Shown here: positions 40,448-49,622 of the stretch, piece by piece
Layout of the letters: every line of letters begins with the position of its first letter
Position numbering within the stretch: position 1 is the stretch's first letter
DNA from: Actinomycetota bacterium
GTDB lineage: Bacteria > Actinomycetota > Thermoleophilia > Gaiellales > F1-60-MAGs149
DNA: 64,000 nucleotides
Direction: 5' to 3'
Assembly (NCBI GenBank): GCA_016870485.1
Contig: VGBM01000008.1
Span: 23,999-87,998, forward strand
The notes under the pieces: generated by a model
Told to the model about the DNA's origin: nothing
Seen by the model: the letters and a program-made list of their open reading frames with translations, nothing else
The model's database searches: none
Made by a program: the position numbers and the translations under genes

Positions 40448-41245
40448 CTACTGGATGGTCGCGGCGGTCCAAGCCAGCGGCTTGAGCTGCATCAGCTCGC
40501 TCGTCACCGGCATCGGCGCCGTGGTGACGGTGACCTTCGCGCCCGGGCGCACCTGTCCGACCAGCTCGACGGGGGCCCGAAGGGCGATCGCGCCGCGCCG
40601 GTCGATGCGCTCGCCGGACGACGACGTGACCGAGGTCGGGCGGATCACGAGCCGCCCGGCGTCGCCGTGCGTGGCGGCCCAGGCCACGGTGCCTCGGATC
40701 GTCAGCGTCATCTGGTTCGCCTCGGTGGCCATCGCGGGGTCGTTCGGGTTCGCCTGCACGATCGTCGCGCGCTGCAGCCACTGAAACGGCGAGACGGCGG
40801 GCTGGCCGTAATGGAGCTCGAAGTGGAGGTGGCACGGCGTGCCCTGCGCGTCGCCCGTGCGGCCCACGTACGAGATCACCTGGCCCTCCTTGACGCGGGA
40901 GCCGTTGCGCAGGCCCTTCGCCATCGCGCTCGATTCGTTGCCGGCGACGCCCATGTGGATATAGCGGTACCAGGAGCCGCGGCCGACGAGTGTGACCATC
41001 CAGCCGGAGCGCGACCCCCAGTCGAGTCGGACCGTGCCGTCGACGACGGCGATCACGGGCGTGCCGCAGGGGGCGAGCAGGTCGTTGCCCTCGTGCACGC
41101 CGGCGCCGCGGGGTACGCCGAAGTCGTCGGTGTAGGTCGCACCGCCGACGACGGGGAACAGCGTGAACGGCGCGTTGCGCGGTGCCGCCACGGCGGCGGG
41201 GGCGGCGGCGATCAGGCCGATGAGGGCGATCAGGACGAGGCGCAT
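40448..41245 (-). CDS. Secreted M23 family metallopeptidase
   Basis: ATG at 41245 in ORF 40448..41488. Signal peptide MRLVLIALIGLIAAAPAAVAAP. HEGNDLLAPCGTPV...YIHMG...GTPCHLHFELH (HxxxD / HxH zinc motifs). The C-terminal ~100 aa are unassigned. Confidence 0.88.
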   Translation of the reverse strand: MRLVLIALIGLIAAAPAAVAAPRNAPFTLFPVVGGATYTDDFGVPRGAGVHEGNDLLAPCGTPVIAVVDGTVRLDWGSRSGWMVTLVGRGSWYRYIHMGVAGNESSAMAKGLRNGSRVKEGQVISYVGRTGDAQGTPCHLHFELHYGQPAVSPFQWLQRATIVQANPNDPAMATEANQMTLTIRGTVAWAATHGDAGRLVIRPTSVTSSSGERIDRRGAIALRAPVELVGQVRPGAKVTVTTAPMPVTSELMQLKPLAWTAATIQ

Positions 41246-41465
41246 GGTTCCGCGCCGGCAGGCTGCGCCGACGGGGCGAAGACTACCCGCGGAACGCCCG
41301 CAGGGGTGTAACGGTTCGGTCTCCCGTGCGCCGCGGGTCCTCCGAAGCCGCTCGCGGAGCGGGAATCCGCCGTTGCGGCGTGCGCGGTTAGCCAGTCCGG
41401 GTATCATCCGCACGAAAGCACCGCACGCGCCCGGGTCGCCGCGTCGGACCTCGCCCCGCAGACCG

Positions 41466-42566
41466 ATGGCCAACGATCCCCGCCGCACGCCGCTCTACGA
41501 CCGGCACGTCGAACTCGGTGCGCGCATGGTCGATTTCGCGGGCTGGGAGATGCCCGTCTACTACGTCGGCATCAACGAGGAGCACCGCGCCGTGCGCGCC
41601 CGCGCCGGCCTCTTCGACGTCTCCCACATGGGCCAGATCGAGGTCACGGGCTCCGGCGCCGAGGCGCTTCTGCGCAAGGCGCTCGCGAGCGACATCGACC
41701 GCCTCGAGGAGGGCCGGGCCCAGTACTCGTTCCTGCTCAACGACAAGGGCGGGATCGTCGACGACCTGATCGTCTACCGGCTGCCCGCGGGCCGCTGGCT
41801 GCTCGTCGTCAACGCGGGCACCACGCAGACCGACGTCGTGCACCTGAGGGCCCTCAAGCAGCGCGGGGCGGCCCTGCGCGACCTCAGCGCCGAGACGGCG
41901 ATGGTGGCGCTGCAGGGGCCCGTGGCGCTCGAGCTGCTCGCCGACATCTGGCCCAAGAGGACGCCGGCGCCCGAGACGATCCCCGTCTTCGGCTGCGTGG
42001 AGCGCGTCGTGGCCGGCGTGCCGTGCCTGGTGGCCCGCACGGGCTACACGGGCGAGCCGGGCGTCGAGCTGATGTGCGCCGCGGACCGCGGCGGCGACCT
42101 CTGGGACGGCATCCTCGCCCGTCGTGAGCACGGCGTGGTGCCGAGCGGGCTCGGCGCGCGCGACACGCTGCGCCTCGAGATGGGCTACCCGCTGCACGGC
42201 CACGACATCGACCCCAAGACGACCCCGATCGAGGCCGGCCTCGGCCGCTTCGTGCACCTCGGCCGCCCGTTCGTCGGCAGCGCGGTGCTCGAGCGCCAGG
42301 TGGCCAAGGGCGTCAAGCGCCGCCTCACCGGCCTGCGCCTGATGGACCGCGCGATCCCGCGCGAGGGCTACGCGGTCCTCCAAGACGGCGCCAAGGTGGG
42401 GGCGGTGACCAGCGGCACGCTGTCGCCGAGCATCGACCGCGGCATCGGCCTCGCCTACATCCCGCCGGAGATCGCCGAGCCCGGCACCGTCCTTCAGATC
42501 GACATCCGCGGGCGCGAGCGCGACGCCGAGGTCGTTCCCCTGCCGTTCCACAAGAAGGAGGGCTGA
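41466..42566 (+). CDS. gcvT: Glycine cleavage system aminomethyltransferase (T protein)
   Basis: ATG at 41466 in ORF 41163..42566. RTPLYDRHVELGARMVDFAGWEMPVYY...GLFDVSHMGQIEVTG. Confidence 0.96.
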   Translation: MANDPRRTPLYDRHVELGARMVDFAGWEMPVYYVGINEEHRAVRARAGLFDVSHMGQIEVTGSGAEALLRKALASDIDRLEEGRAQYSFLLNDKGGIVDDLIVYRLPAGRWLLVVNAGTTQTDVVHLRALKQRGAALRDLSAETAMVALQGPVALELLADIWPKRTPAPETIPVFGCVERVVAGVPCLVARTGYTGEPGVELMCAADRGGDLWDGILARREHGVVPSGLGARDTLRLEMGYPLHGHDIDPKTTPIEAGLGRFVHLGRPFVGSAVLERQVAKGVKRRLTGLRLMDRAIPREGYAVLQDGAKVGAVTSGTLSPSIDRGIGLAYIPPEIAEPGTVLQIDIRGRERDAEVVPLPFHKKEG

Positions 42567-42570
42567 GCAC

Positions 42571-42957
42571 ATGCCCGCCGAGGAGAGCTACCCCGACGAC
42601 CTGCGCTACCACCGCGACCACGATTGGGTGCGGGTCGACGGCGACGAGGCGGTGTTCGGCATCACCTGGCATGCGCAGGACGCGCTGGGCGAGGTCGTCT
42701 ATTTCGAGCCCCCCGCCGTCGGCGCGGCGGTGGCCGCGGACGGCTCGTACGGCTCCCTCGAGTCGGTCAAGGCCGTCTCCGACGTGATCGCGCCCCTGGC
42801 GGGCACCGTGACCGCGGTCAACGACCGCGTCGTCGAGTCCCCCGAGCTCGTCAACGAGGACCCGTACGGCGACGGCTGGCTGATCCGCGTCACGCTCGCG
42901 GACCCCGCGTCGGTCGAGACGCTGCTCGACGCCGCGGCCTACCGCGCCCTGCTCTGA
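42571..42957 (+). CDS. gcvH: Glycine cleavage system H protein
   Basis: LRYHRDHDWVRVDGDEAVFGITWHAQDALGEVVYFE...SLESVKAVSDVIAPLAG (lipoyl-lysine motif). Confidence 0.96.
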   Translation: MPAEESYPDDLRYHRDHDWVRVDGDEAVFGITWHAQDALGEVVYFEPPAVGAAVAADGSYGSLESVKAVSDVIAPLAGTVTAVNDRVVESPELVNEDPYGDGWLIRVTLADPASVETLLDAAAYRALL

Positions 42958-42997
42958 TCCGACGCGGGGCGCCGCCCCGTGCGACGATGAGGGCCTG

Positions 42998-43375
42998 ATG
43001 GAGGAGCGCGAAGGGTCCTGCCGGCGCTGCCGGGTCTACTGCGACTGGGTCGTCGACCCGCTCGGCTGCTTCGGCTGCGCGCGCCTCTACGCGTACGACG
43101 CCAAGGACGGCCGCCGCTACGTCGGCTGCGTCGAGGGCGTGCACGGGGCGGAGGTCGATCTCGCCGTGCTCGAGGCCTGCCGTGACGAGGGACGCCCGTT
43201 CGGCGGCATCCGCGCGCTGCGCGCGCCGCTCGCCGTCTGCGCGGCCCAGGTCGAGCGCGCCTACCCGCGGCGCGAGCCGGACATCGGCTGCGTCAACCCG
43301 GAGTTCGACGAGCCGCCCGGCGGCGGCGCGTTCACGGTCACCGTGCGCGACGCGCCCGGGCCGCGCGAGCGCTGA
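42998..43375 (+). CDS. Cysteine-rich hypothetical protein (9 Cys; CxxCxxxC...CxxC)
   Basis: 125 aa with nearly uniform G/C at third codon positions. MEEREGSCRRCRVYCDWVVDPLGCFGCARLY... I recognise no family. The 3' end overlaps convergent nfo by 38 nt. Confidence 0.6.
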   Translation: MEEREGSCRRCRVYCDWVVDPLGCFGCARLYAYDAKDGRRYVGCVEGVHGAEVDLAVLEACRDEGRPFGGIRALRAPLAVCAAQVERAYPRREPDIGCVNPEFDEPPGGGAFTVTVRDAPGPRER

Positions 43376-44225
43376 CGCCGCGCCTGTGCATGGCGCGCAG
43401 CGCCGTGATCTCCTCGGCATCCGGGCCCTGCCCGTCGTGGCCGGGCGTCTCCAGCAGCATCGGCAGGTCCCGCAGCTTCGGATGCGACAGGGCCACGGCG
43501 AGGCCCGCGCCCATCTCGCCCGCGCCGACGTTGGCGTGGCGGTCGCGGTTCGAGCCGCACGCGGCCTGCGCGTCGTTGACGTGCAGGCAGCGCAGGCGCT
43601 CGATGCCGACGCGCTGATCGAGCTCGCGCACGAGCCGGTCGAGCGCGTCGGGATCGGTCATGTCCACGCCCGACACCCACGCGTGGCAGGTGTCGATGCA
43701 GAGCCCGAGGCGGGGGTCGTCGACGGCGTCGATGATGGCGGCCAGCTCGACCGGGTCGCGGCCGATCGTGCCGCCCGCGCCGGCCGAGTTCTCGAGCAGG
43801 AGCCACGGGCCGTCGAGGCGCTTGAGCGCAGCCTTCAGCTCGCGCGCGATCTGGGGGAGGGTGGCGTCGAGCCCGCGGCCCTTGTGCGACCCGACGTGCA
43901 GCACGACGCCGTCGGCGGCGATCGCGTTGGCCACGTCGATGGTGGTGCGCAGTGCGGTGCGGCTCTTCTCGAGCAGGTCGGGATCGTCGGTCGCGAGGTT
44001 GATGAAGTAGATCGCGTGGCAGACCAGGTAGGCGACCTCGCCCGACTCGCGCGCCGCGCGCAGGGCCGCGAGGTCCTCGGGCCGGTGGTTGGTCGGCTTC
44101 CACGTACGCGCGCTCTGGATGAAGACCTGGGCCGCGTCCGCGCCGATGGCCCGCGTGCGGCCCGGCACGTTGCCGAGGCCGCCCGCGGCGGAGATGTGCG
44201 CGCCGGCGATCACCCGTCGCAGCAT
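43338..44225 (-). CDS. nfo: Deoxyribonuclease IV (endonuclease IV)
   Basis: ATG at 44225 in ORF 43338..44318. IAGAHISAAGG...VCHAIYFINLA...VLHVGSH...LLLENSAGAG...CIDTCHAW...LHVNDA. Confidence 0.92.
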   Translation of the reverse strand: MLRRVIAGAHISAAGGLGNVPGRTRAIGADAAQVFIQSARTWKPTNHRPEDLAALRAARESGEVAYLVCHAIYFINLATDDPDLLEKSRTALRTTIDVANAIAADGVVLHVGSHKGRGLDATLPQIARELKAALKRLDGPWLLLENSAGAGGTIGRDPVELAAIIDAVDDPRLGLCIDTCHAWVSGVDMTDPDALDRLVRELDQRVGIERLRCLHVNDAQAACGSNRDRHANVGAGEMGAGLAVALSHPKLRDLPMLLETPGHDGQGPDAEEITALRAMHRRGVSARAARARRAR

Positions 44226-44253
44226 AGGGACGGGGGCCGATACGGTTCCCGTC

Positions 44254-45690
44254 ATGAGCGTCCGCGTCCGCTTCGCACCCTCGCCCACCGGCTTCCTGCA
44301 CGTCGGCGGCGTGCGCACGGCGCTCTACAACTGGCTGTTCGCCCGCCACCACGGCGGCACGGCCGTCCTGCGCATCGAGGATACGGACACCGAGCGCGAG
44401 ACCGCGGGGGCGATCGAGCAGATCCAGCGCTCGCTCGACTGGCTCGGGCTCGACTTCGACGAGTCGCCCGCGACGGGCGGCCCGCACGGCCCGTACCGCC
44501 AGTCGGAGCGGATGGAGCGCTACCGGGACGCCGTCGAGCGCCTGCTCGAGGCGGGGCACGCCTACCGCTGCTACCAGACCGCCGAGGAGCTCGAGGCGGC
44601 CCGCGAGCGCGCCCGCCACACGGACGACCCGGCGGCGCCAACGCGGCTGCACCGCGACCTCACGCACGAGCAGGTCGCGCGCTTCGCGGCGGAGGGGCGG
44701 CCGGCGATCATCCGCTTCCGCACGCCGCTCGAGGGCGAGACGGTGGTCGAGGACCTCGTGCGCGGGCGGATCGCCTTCGAGCACCGGCTGCTCGGCGACA
44801 CGGTGCTGATGCGCGGCGACGGCGGCTCGACCTACCAGCTCGCCAACCCGCTCGATGACCTCGAGATGGGCATCACCCACGTGATCCGCGGGGAGGACCT
44901 GCTGCCTTCGACGCCGCGTCAGCGGCTCCTCGTCGAGGCCCTCGGCGGCGCGTTCCCGCAGACGGCGCACCTGTCGATGATCCTCGGGTCCGACAAGAAG
45001 CGCCTCTCGAAGCGCCACGGCGCGGCCAGCGTGGAGGAGTTCCGGGAGGCGGGCTACGTGCCGCAGGCCCTTGTCAACTTCCTCGCCCTGTGCGGCTGGA
45101 GCTGGGACGCCGAGACGGAGATCATGTCGCTCGCGGAGCTCGTCGAGCGCTTCTCCCTCGAGCGGGTGAACCCGGCGCCCGCTGTCTTCGACCACGAGAA
45201 GCTGGCGTGGATGAACGGGACCTACCTGCGCGCCCTCGACGCGGACGCCTACGCCGGGGCGCTGCGCGCGCACCTCGCCGACGCGGCGTCGCCCCTTGCG
45301 GACGCCGAGCGCCTCGACGAGCTCGTGCCGCTGGTGCAGGAGAAGCTCGGGGCGCTGGGCGAGTTCGACGGGCTCGTCGGGTCGCTCGTCGAGGAGCGCG
45401 ACCCGGACCCCGAGGCGTGGGCCCGGCTGACCGCCGACGAGCGCGCCGGCGCCGTCCTCGAGGCGGCGGCGGCGGCCCTGACCGGCCTCGAGCCGTTCGA
45501 TGCCGAGGCGGTGGAGGGGGTGCTGCGCGGCGTCTGCGAGGCGCTCGACCTGAAGCCGCGGCAGGCGTTCCTGCCGATCCGCATCGCGATCGCCGGCTCG
45601 ACGGTGGCCGCGGGGCTCTACGAGTCGATCGCGTTCCTCGGCCCGGACGAGGCGCTGCGGCGCCTCGCCCGCGCCCGCGCTGCCGTGTGA
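44254..45690 (+). CDS. gltX: Glutamate--tRNA ligase
   Basis: ATG at 44254 in ORF 44089..45690. VRVRFAPSPTGFLHVGGVRTALYNWLFA (HIGH-type) and KLSKRHG (KMSKS). Confidence 0.96.
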   Translation: MSVRVRFAPSPTGFLHVGGVRTALYNWLFARHHGGTAVLRIEDTDTERETAGAIEQIQRSLDWLGLDFDESPATGGPHGPYRQSERMERYRDAVERLLEAGHAYRCYQTAEELEAARERARHTDDPAAPTRLHRDLTHEQVARFAAEGRPAIIRFRTPLEGETVVEDLVRGRIAFEHRLLGDTVLMRGDGGSTYQLANPLDDLEMGITHVIRGEDLLPSTPRQRLLVEALGGAFPQTAHLSMILGSDKKRLSKRHGAASVEEFREAGYVPQALVNFLALCGWSWDAETEIMSLAELVERFSLERVNPAPAVFDHEKLAWMNGTYLRALDADAYAGALRAHLADAASPLADAERLDELVPLVQEKLGALGEFDGLVGSLVEERDPDPEAWARLTADERAGAVLEAAAAALTGLEPFDAEAVEGVLRGVCEALDLKPRQAFLPIRIAIAGSTVAAGLYESIAFLGPDEALRRLARARAAV

Positions 45691-45736
45691 GCGGGCGCGC
45701 AGGAGGTCGGGCGGACAGCGCGTATCGTGGGCCTGG

Positions 45737-46249
45737 ATGGCCACCAAGCAGCGCAGGGCGAAGCGGGACGAGCCGGACGCGTCCGAGCCGCGCTCGCGCA
45801 CGGGCCGGCAGATCCTCGCCGCGATCATCGCGGCGGTCGTGCTCGTCGGCGTGACCGCGACCGCGACGGCGATCGTGGTGTCCGCGACGACGGGCGGGAC
45901 GGCGGCGAGCGCGACGGCCTCCGATCCGACCGGCCAGGACGGCGGCGTTGCCGACGAGGCGCTCGAGCGGGCCCGCGCAGCCGGCTACAAGGAGGGCGCG
46001 CGCGACACGCGCCAGCAGGCCAAGGAGCAGCTGCAGGCGCGCTACCGGCAGGGCTACGCGAAGGGCTACGCGGAGGGGCGCGAGGAGGTGATCGACTCGG
46101 CCAGCTCGTCCGGGGGCTTCCAGGACGGCTACAACACCGGCGTGAAAGCCGCCGAGGAGGCTTACAGGAAGATCATCCAGCAGGCCCAGCGCATCATCGC
46201 CGAGGCCAACCAGACGCCCGTGGCGACGGCGCCCGACGTCCAGCCCTAG
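45737..46249 (+). CDS. Membrane-anchored hypothetical protein with GYxxGxxxG-type repeats
   Basis: Basic N-terminus, one TM helix (ILAAIIAAVVLVGVTATATAIVV), then AAGYKEGARD...RQGYAKGYAEGREE...GFQDGYNTGVKAAEEAY. Confidence 0.65.
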   Translation: MATKQRRAKRDEPDASEPRSRTGRQILAAIIAAVVLVGVTATATAIVVSATTGGTAASATASDPTGQDGGVADEALERARAAGYKEGARDTRQQAKEQLQARYRQGYAKGYAEGREEVIDSASSSGGFQDGYNTGVKAAEEAYRKIIQQAQRIIAEANQTPVATAPDVQP

Positions 46250-46273
46250 CGATCGGCCCCCGGCGGGGTCAGG

Positions 46274-47659
46274 TCAGGCGGTGAGGTCGGACGCCATCTC
46301 CTCGAAGGCGTCGACGAAGCGCGCGCAGTCGTCGATCGTGTGGGCGATCGACAGCGTCCACTCCTCCTCGCGGCCCGGGGTCATGAAGACGCCGCGGTTC
46401 ATGTTGTAGAGCCACGCGAGGTCGCAGAGCTCGCCGTCCTGCTGGGCCTTGAACGACTCGTAGTCGACGATCGGGTCCCTGGCGAACGTGACGCAGCCCT
46501 TCGAGCTGATGCCGACGGTGTAGCCGGGCAGGTTGTGCTGCTCGAGGATCGTCGAGCAGCGGTCCAGCATGTAGTCGTTGAGGGCATCGAGGTGCGCGTA
46601 GGCCTCGGGCGTGAGCACGTCGATCAGGTTGGCGCGCGCCGCGGCCATGCCGAGCGGGTTGCCGTTGTACGTGCCGACCTGGTAGACGGAGCCGTCGCGG
46701 ACGCACTCCATCGCCTCGTCGGTGCCGCCGATCGCGCCGATCGGCAGGCCGCCGCCGAGCGCCTTCGCCAGCGTGACCATGTCGGGCGTCACGCCGAACT
46801 TCTCGACGGCGCCGCCGGCGGCGATCGTCATGCCGGTCTTGACCTCGTCGAAGATCAGGATGATCCCGTGCTTCTTCGTGATCGCGCGGACGGCCTCGAG
46901 ATAGCCCGGCTCCGGCAGGACGACGCCGAGGTTCATCATCGCCGCCTCCATGATCACGCAGGCGGGTAGGCGGCCCTCGGCGGCCAGCGCCTCGACGCGG
47001 CGCTCCATCGCCGGCGCGTCGTTGAACGGCACCGGGATCGTCAGGTCGGAGACGGACTTCGGGATGCCGCCGCCGTAGGGCAGCGACTCGTAGTTCTCGC
47101 GGTCGCCGATCGCGGCGTACGGGACGCCGATCGAGACCATCACGTAGTCGTGGTGGCCGTGGTACGACCCGAAGATCTTCATGATCGTGTCGCGCCCCGT
47201 CGCGGCCCGCGCGATCCGGATCGCGTCCATCGTGGCCTCGGAGCCGGAGTTCGTGTAGCGCCACTGCGGCAGGCCCCAGCGCCGCTGGAGCTCCTCGGCG
47301 ACGACGATGGCGTCCTCGGTGGGCGCCGCGAAGTGCGTGCCCTCCTGCATGCGCCGCGTCACGGCCTCCGTGATCACGGGGTGGGCGTGGCCCTGCACCA
47401 TCGAGCCGAAGCCGTTGTGGAAGTCGATCATCTCGGTGCCGTCGACGTCCCAGACGTGGCTGCCGACGCCGCGCTCGAGGTAGATCGGCCACGGATCGCG
47501 CAACTGGTACGAGGAGGCGACGCCGCCCGAGAGGGCGTGGGAGGCGCGCTCGTACATGCGGCCGGAGCCCGCCGTGTTCGCGTCCAGCTTCGTGGCCTCG
47601 CGCGCGGTCAACTCGGCGATCCGCTCGCGGTCCAACTCGATGGGGGTGCGCACGGCCAT
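46274..47659 (-). CDS. Class III (GSA-aminomutase-like) PLP-dependent aminotransferase
   Basis: ATG at 47659, preceded by GGAGGA (reverse complement of tcctcc at 47667-47672). FHNGFGSMVQGHAHP...YTNSGSEATMDAIRIAR...IFDEVKTGMT (PLP Lys). It lacks the HemL SPVRAF motif. Confidence 0.85.
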   Translation of the reverse strand: MAVRTPIELDRERIAELTAREATKLDANTAGSGRMYERASHALSGGVASSYQLRDPWPIYLERGVGSHVWDVDGTEMIDFHNGFGSMVQGHAHPVITEAVTRRMQEGTHFAAPTEDAIVVAEELQRRWGLPQWRYTNSGSEATMDAIRIARAATGRDTIMKIFGSYHGHHDYVMVSIGVPYAAIGDRENYESLPYGGGIPKSVSDLTIPVPFNDAPAMERRVEALAAEGRLPACVIMEAAMMNLGVVLPEPGYLEAVRAITKKHGIILIFDEVKTGMTIAAGGAVEKFGVTPDMVTLAKALGGGLPIGAIGGTDEAMECVRDGSVYQVGTYNGNPLGMAAARANLIDVLTPEAYAHLDALNDYMLDRCSTILEQHNLPGYTVGISSKGCVTFARDPIVDYESFKAQQDGELCDLAWLYNMNRGVFMTPGREEEWTLSIAHTIDDCARFVDAFEEMASDLTA

Positions 47660-47744
47660 GATCAATCCTCCTCGCGCTGATCGCGCGTCCGATGCGCTGT
47701 ACGATAGGGCCACCCGGGGCGGCCCGTCAACGTTGAGGCGCCCC

Positions 47745-48479
47745 TCAGGAGGCGGTGAAGATCGACTCCGCGGCGGCCTGGCGCTCGCGGATCAGCCGCT
47801 CGACGGCCTCGTCGTCGCCGGTGCGCAGGAGCTCGACGGGATCGGGGTCGCCGTTGACGATCCCCTCGAAGAAGACCTTGCGGTCCTCGTACGTGGGGAA
47901 CAGGTCCTTGGCCCAGCCGCGCAGCCCGTTGAGGCGCTCGGCGAGGCGCGCGTAGGGCTCGCCGTACATGTCGGCGATCTCGCGCTTCATGCGCTTGGCG
48001 AGCGCCGGGCTGGCGCCCGACGTCGAGATCGCGATCGCGATCGGCCCGGACCGCACGATCGCGGGCAGGATGAAGTTGCACAGGGGCGGCACGTCGACGA
48101 CATTGACGAGCATCGCGCGCGCCTCGGCCTGCTCGTAGATCTCGACGTTGAGGGCGGTGTCCTCGGTGGCGGCGACCACGAGCAGGTGCCCCTCGAGGTC
48201 GGCGGGCGCGTAGGGGCGCTCCGCGAGCGTGATCGCGCCCTCGGCGGCGAGCGCGCGGACCTCGTCGCCCGCGTGCTTGGCGACGACGTGGACGCGGGCG
48301 TTGGCGGCGAGGAGCCCCTCGACCTTCTCGAGGCCGATCGGGCCGGCGCCGACGACGAGGCAGGACCGGTCGCCGAGGTCGAGGCAGGCCATGTAGAAGG
48401 ACTTCTCGAGCATCTTGGCGTTGCAGGTGGCGTCGCAGCGCTCGAGCTTGGCCGGGCAGACGCAGGGACGGTAGGGCAT
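47745..48479 (-). CDS. sirC: Precorrin-2 dehydrogenase / sirohydrochlorin ferrochelatase (CysG N-domain, SirC/Met8-like)
   Basis: LDLGDRSCLVVGAGPIGLEKVEGLL...NVVDVPPLCNFILPAIV...IAISTSGASPALAKRMKREI. The N-terminal 22 aa (MPYRPCVCPAKLERCDATCNAK) keep high GC3. An alternative start is the ATG at 48413. Confidence 0.82.
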   Translation of the reverse strand: MPYRPCVCPAKLERCDATCNAKMLEKSFYMACLDLGDRSCLVVGAGPIGLEKVEGLLAANARVHVVAKHAGDEVRALAAEGAITLAERPYAPADLEGHLLVVAATEDTALNVEIYEQAEARAMLVNVVDVPPLCNFILPAIVRSGPIAIAISTSGASPALAKRMKREIADMYGEPYARLAERLNGLRGWAKDLFPTYEDRKVFFEGIVNGDPDPVELLRTGDDEAVERLIRERQAAAESIFTAS

Positions 48480-48533
48480 GGCACGAAGCCTATCGTGGGC
48501 CGCGCGGCGCCGGATGGGTCACCATGGGGCCCG

Positions 48534-49622
48534 ATGAGCGCCGTTCGCCACCTCTACGTGCACGTCCCGTTCTGCGCCCACCGCTGCGGCTACTGCGACT
48601 TCACGACGGTGACGGGGCACGATGAGCGCCACGCGGCCTACGTGGACGCGCTGGTCGCGGAGCTCGCCGTGCGCGGCGGCTGCCTCGCGGACCCGCTGGA
48701 GACCGTCTACCTCGGCGGCGGGACGCCGTCGCGGCTCGGCCCGGACCTCCTCGGCGCCCTGCTCGAGCGGCTGCCGGGGGCGCAGGCGGAGACGACGGTG
48801 GAGTGCAACCCCGAGGACGTCACGGACGACCTCGCCCGCGTCCTCGCCGCCCGTGGCTGCCGGGTGTCCCTCGGCGCGCAGACCTTCGCGCCGGAGCTCC
48901 TCGCGGTGCTCGAGCGGCGCACCGGCCCCGACGGGGTCCGCGCGGCCGTCGGCCGGCTGCGTGCGGCCGGCGTCGCCTCGCTGTCTCTGGACCTGATCTT
49001 CGGGATCCCGGGCGAGCGCGCCGACGACCTTGAGCGCGACCTCGACGCCCTCGTCGAGCTGGCCCCCGACCACGTCTCCGCGTACGAGCTCGAGGCCAAG
49101 CCGGGCACGCGCTTCACGGTCCACCACGGCGCGGCCCTGGTGGAGCAGGCCGAGCGCCTCGAGGACCACCTCGACCGCGTCATCGACCGCCTCGGGGCGG
49201 CCGGGTACGACTGGTACGAGGTCGCCTCGTTCGCGCGGGGTCCGGGGCACCGCGCCGTCCACAACACCGCCTACTGGCAGGGGCGCGACTACCTCGGCCT
49301 CGGCATCGGGGCCGTCTCCACGGTGGCCGGGGAGCGGCGCGCGAACGGGCCCCGGCTCGCCGCCTACCTCGACGACCCCGCGGGGGCGCCGCACGCGCTC
49401 GAGCCGATCGACGCCGAGACGGCGGCGCGCGAGCGGCTGATGCTCGGCCTGCGCCTCGCCGACGGCGTCGCGCTCGACGGCGACCTCGCCGGCCTCGTCG
49501 ACCCGGCCGGCGTCGACCGGCTCGTGCGCGCCGGGGTGGCCCGCCACGAGGGCGGTACACTGCGCCTCGAGCGGCGCGGCCGGATGCTCCTGCACGACTG
49601 CGTCAAGGAGATCCTGCGATGA
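48534..49622 (+). CDS. hemW: Radical SAM heme chaperone HemW (HemN-like)
   Basis: ATG at 48534 in ORF 47556..49622. LYVHVPFCAHRCGYCDF (CxxxCxxC), YLGGGTPS, and position upstream of hrcA. Confidence 0.92.
   Translation: MSAVRHLYVHVPFCAHRCGYCDFTTVTGHDERHAAYVDALVAELAVRGGCLADPLETVYLGGGTPSRLGPDLLGALLERLPGAQAETTVECNPEDVTDDLARVLAARGCRVSLGAQTFAPELLAVLERRTGPDGVRAAVGRLRAAGVASLSLDLIFGIPGERADDLERDLDALVELAPDHVSAYELEAKPGTRFTVHHGAALVEQAERLEDHLDRVIDRLGAAGYDWYEVASFARGPGHRAVHNTAYWQGRDYLGLGIGAVSTVAGERRANGPRLAAYLDDPAGAPHALEPIDAETAARERLMLGLRLADGVALDGDLAGLVDPAGVDRLVRAGVARHEGGTLRLERRGRMLLHDCVKEILR

Noticed and set aside
41246-41465. Possible glycine riboswitch in the 220-bp gap upstream of gcvT-gcvH
   Set aside because: This is the classic location, and GCGCCGACGGGGCGAAG (about 41267-41283) resembles the GCGCCGAAGGGGCAA core. 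However, I could not find the GGAGAG and CUCAGGC...GGAC elements in the right order. The best partial match would also overlap the start of the divergent M23 peptidase gene. A cmscan with Rfam RF00504 would settle it. A significant hit on the plus strand would overturn this rejection.
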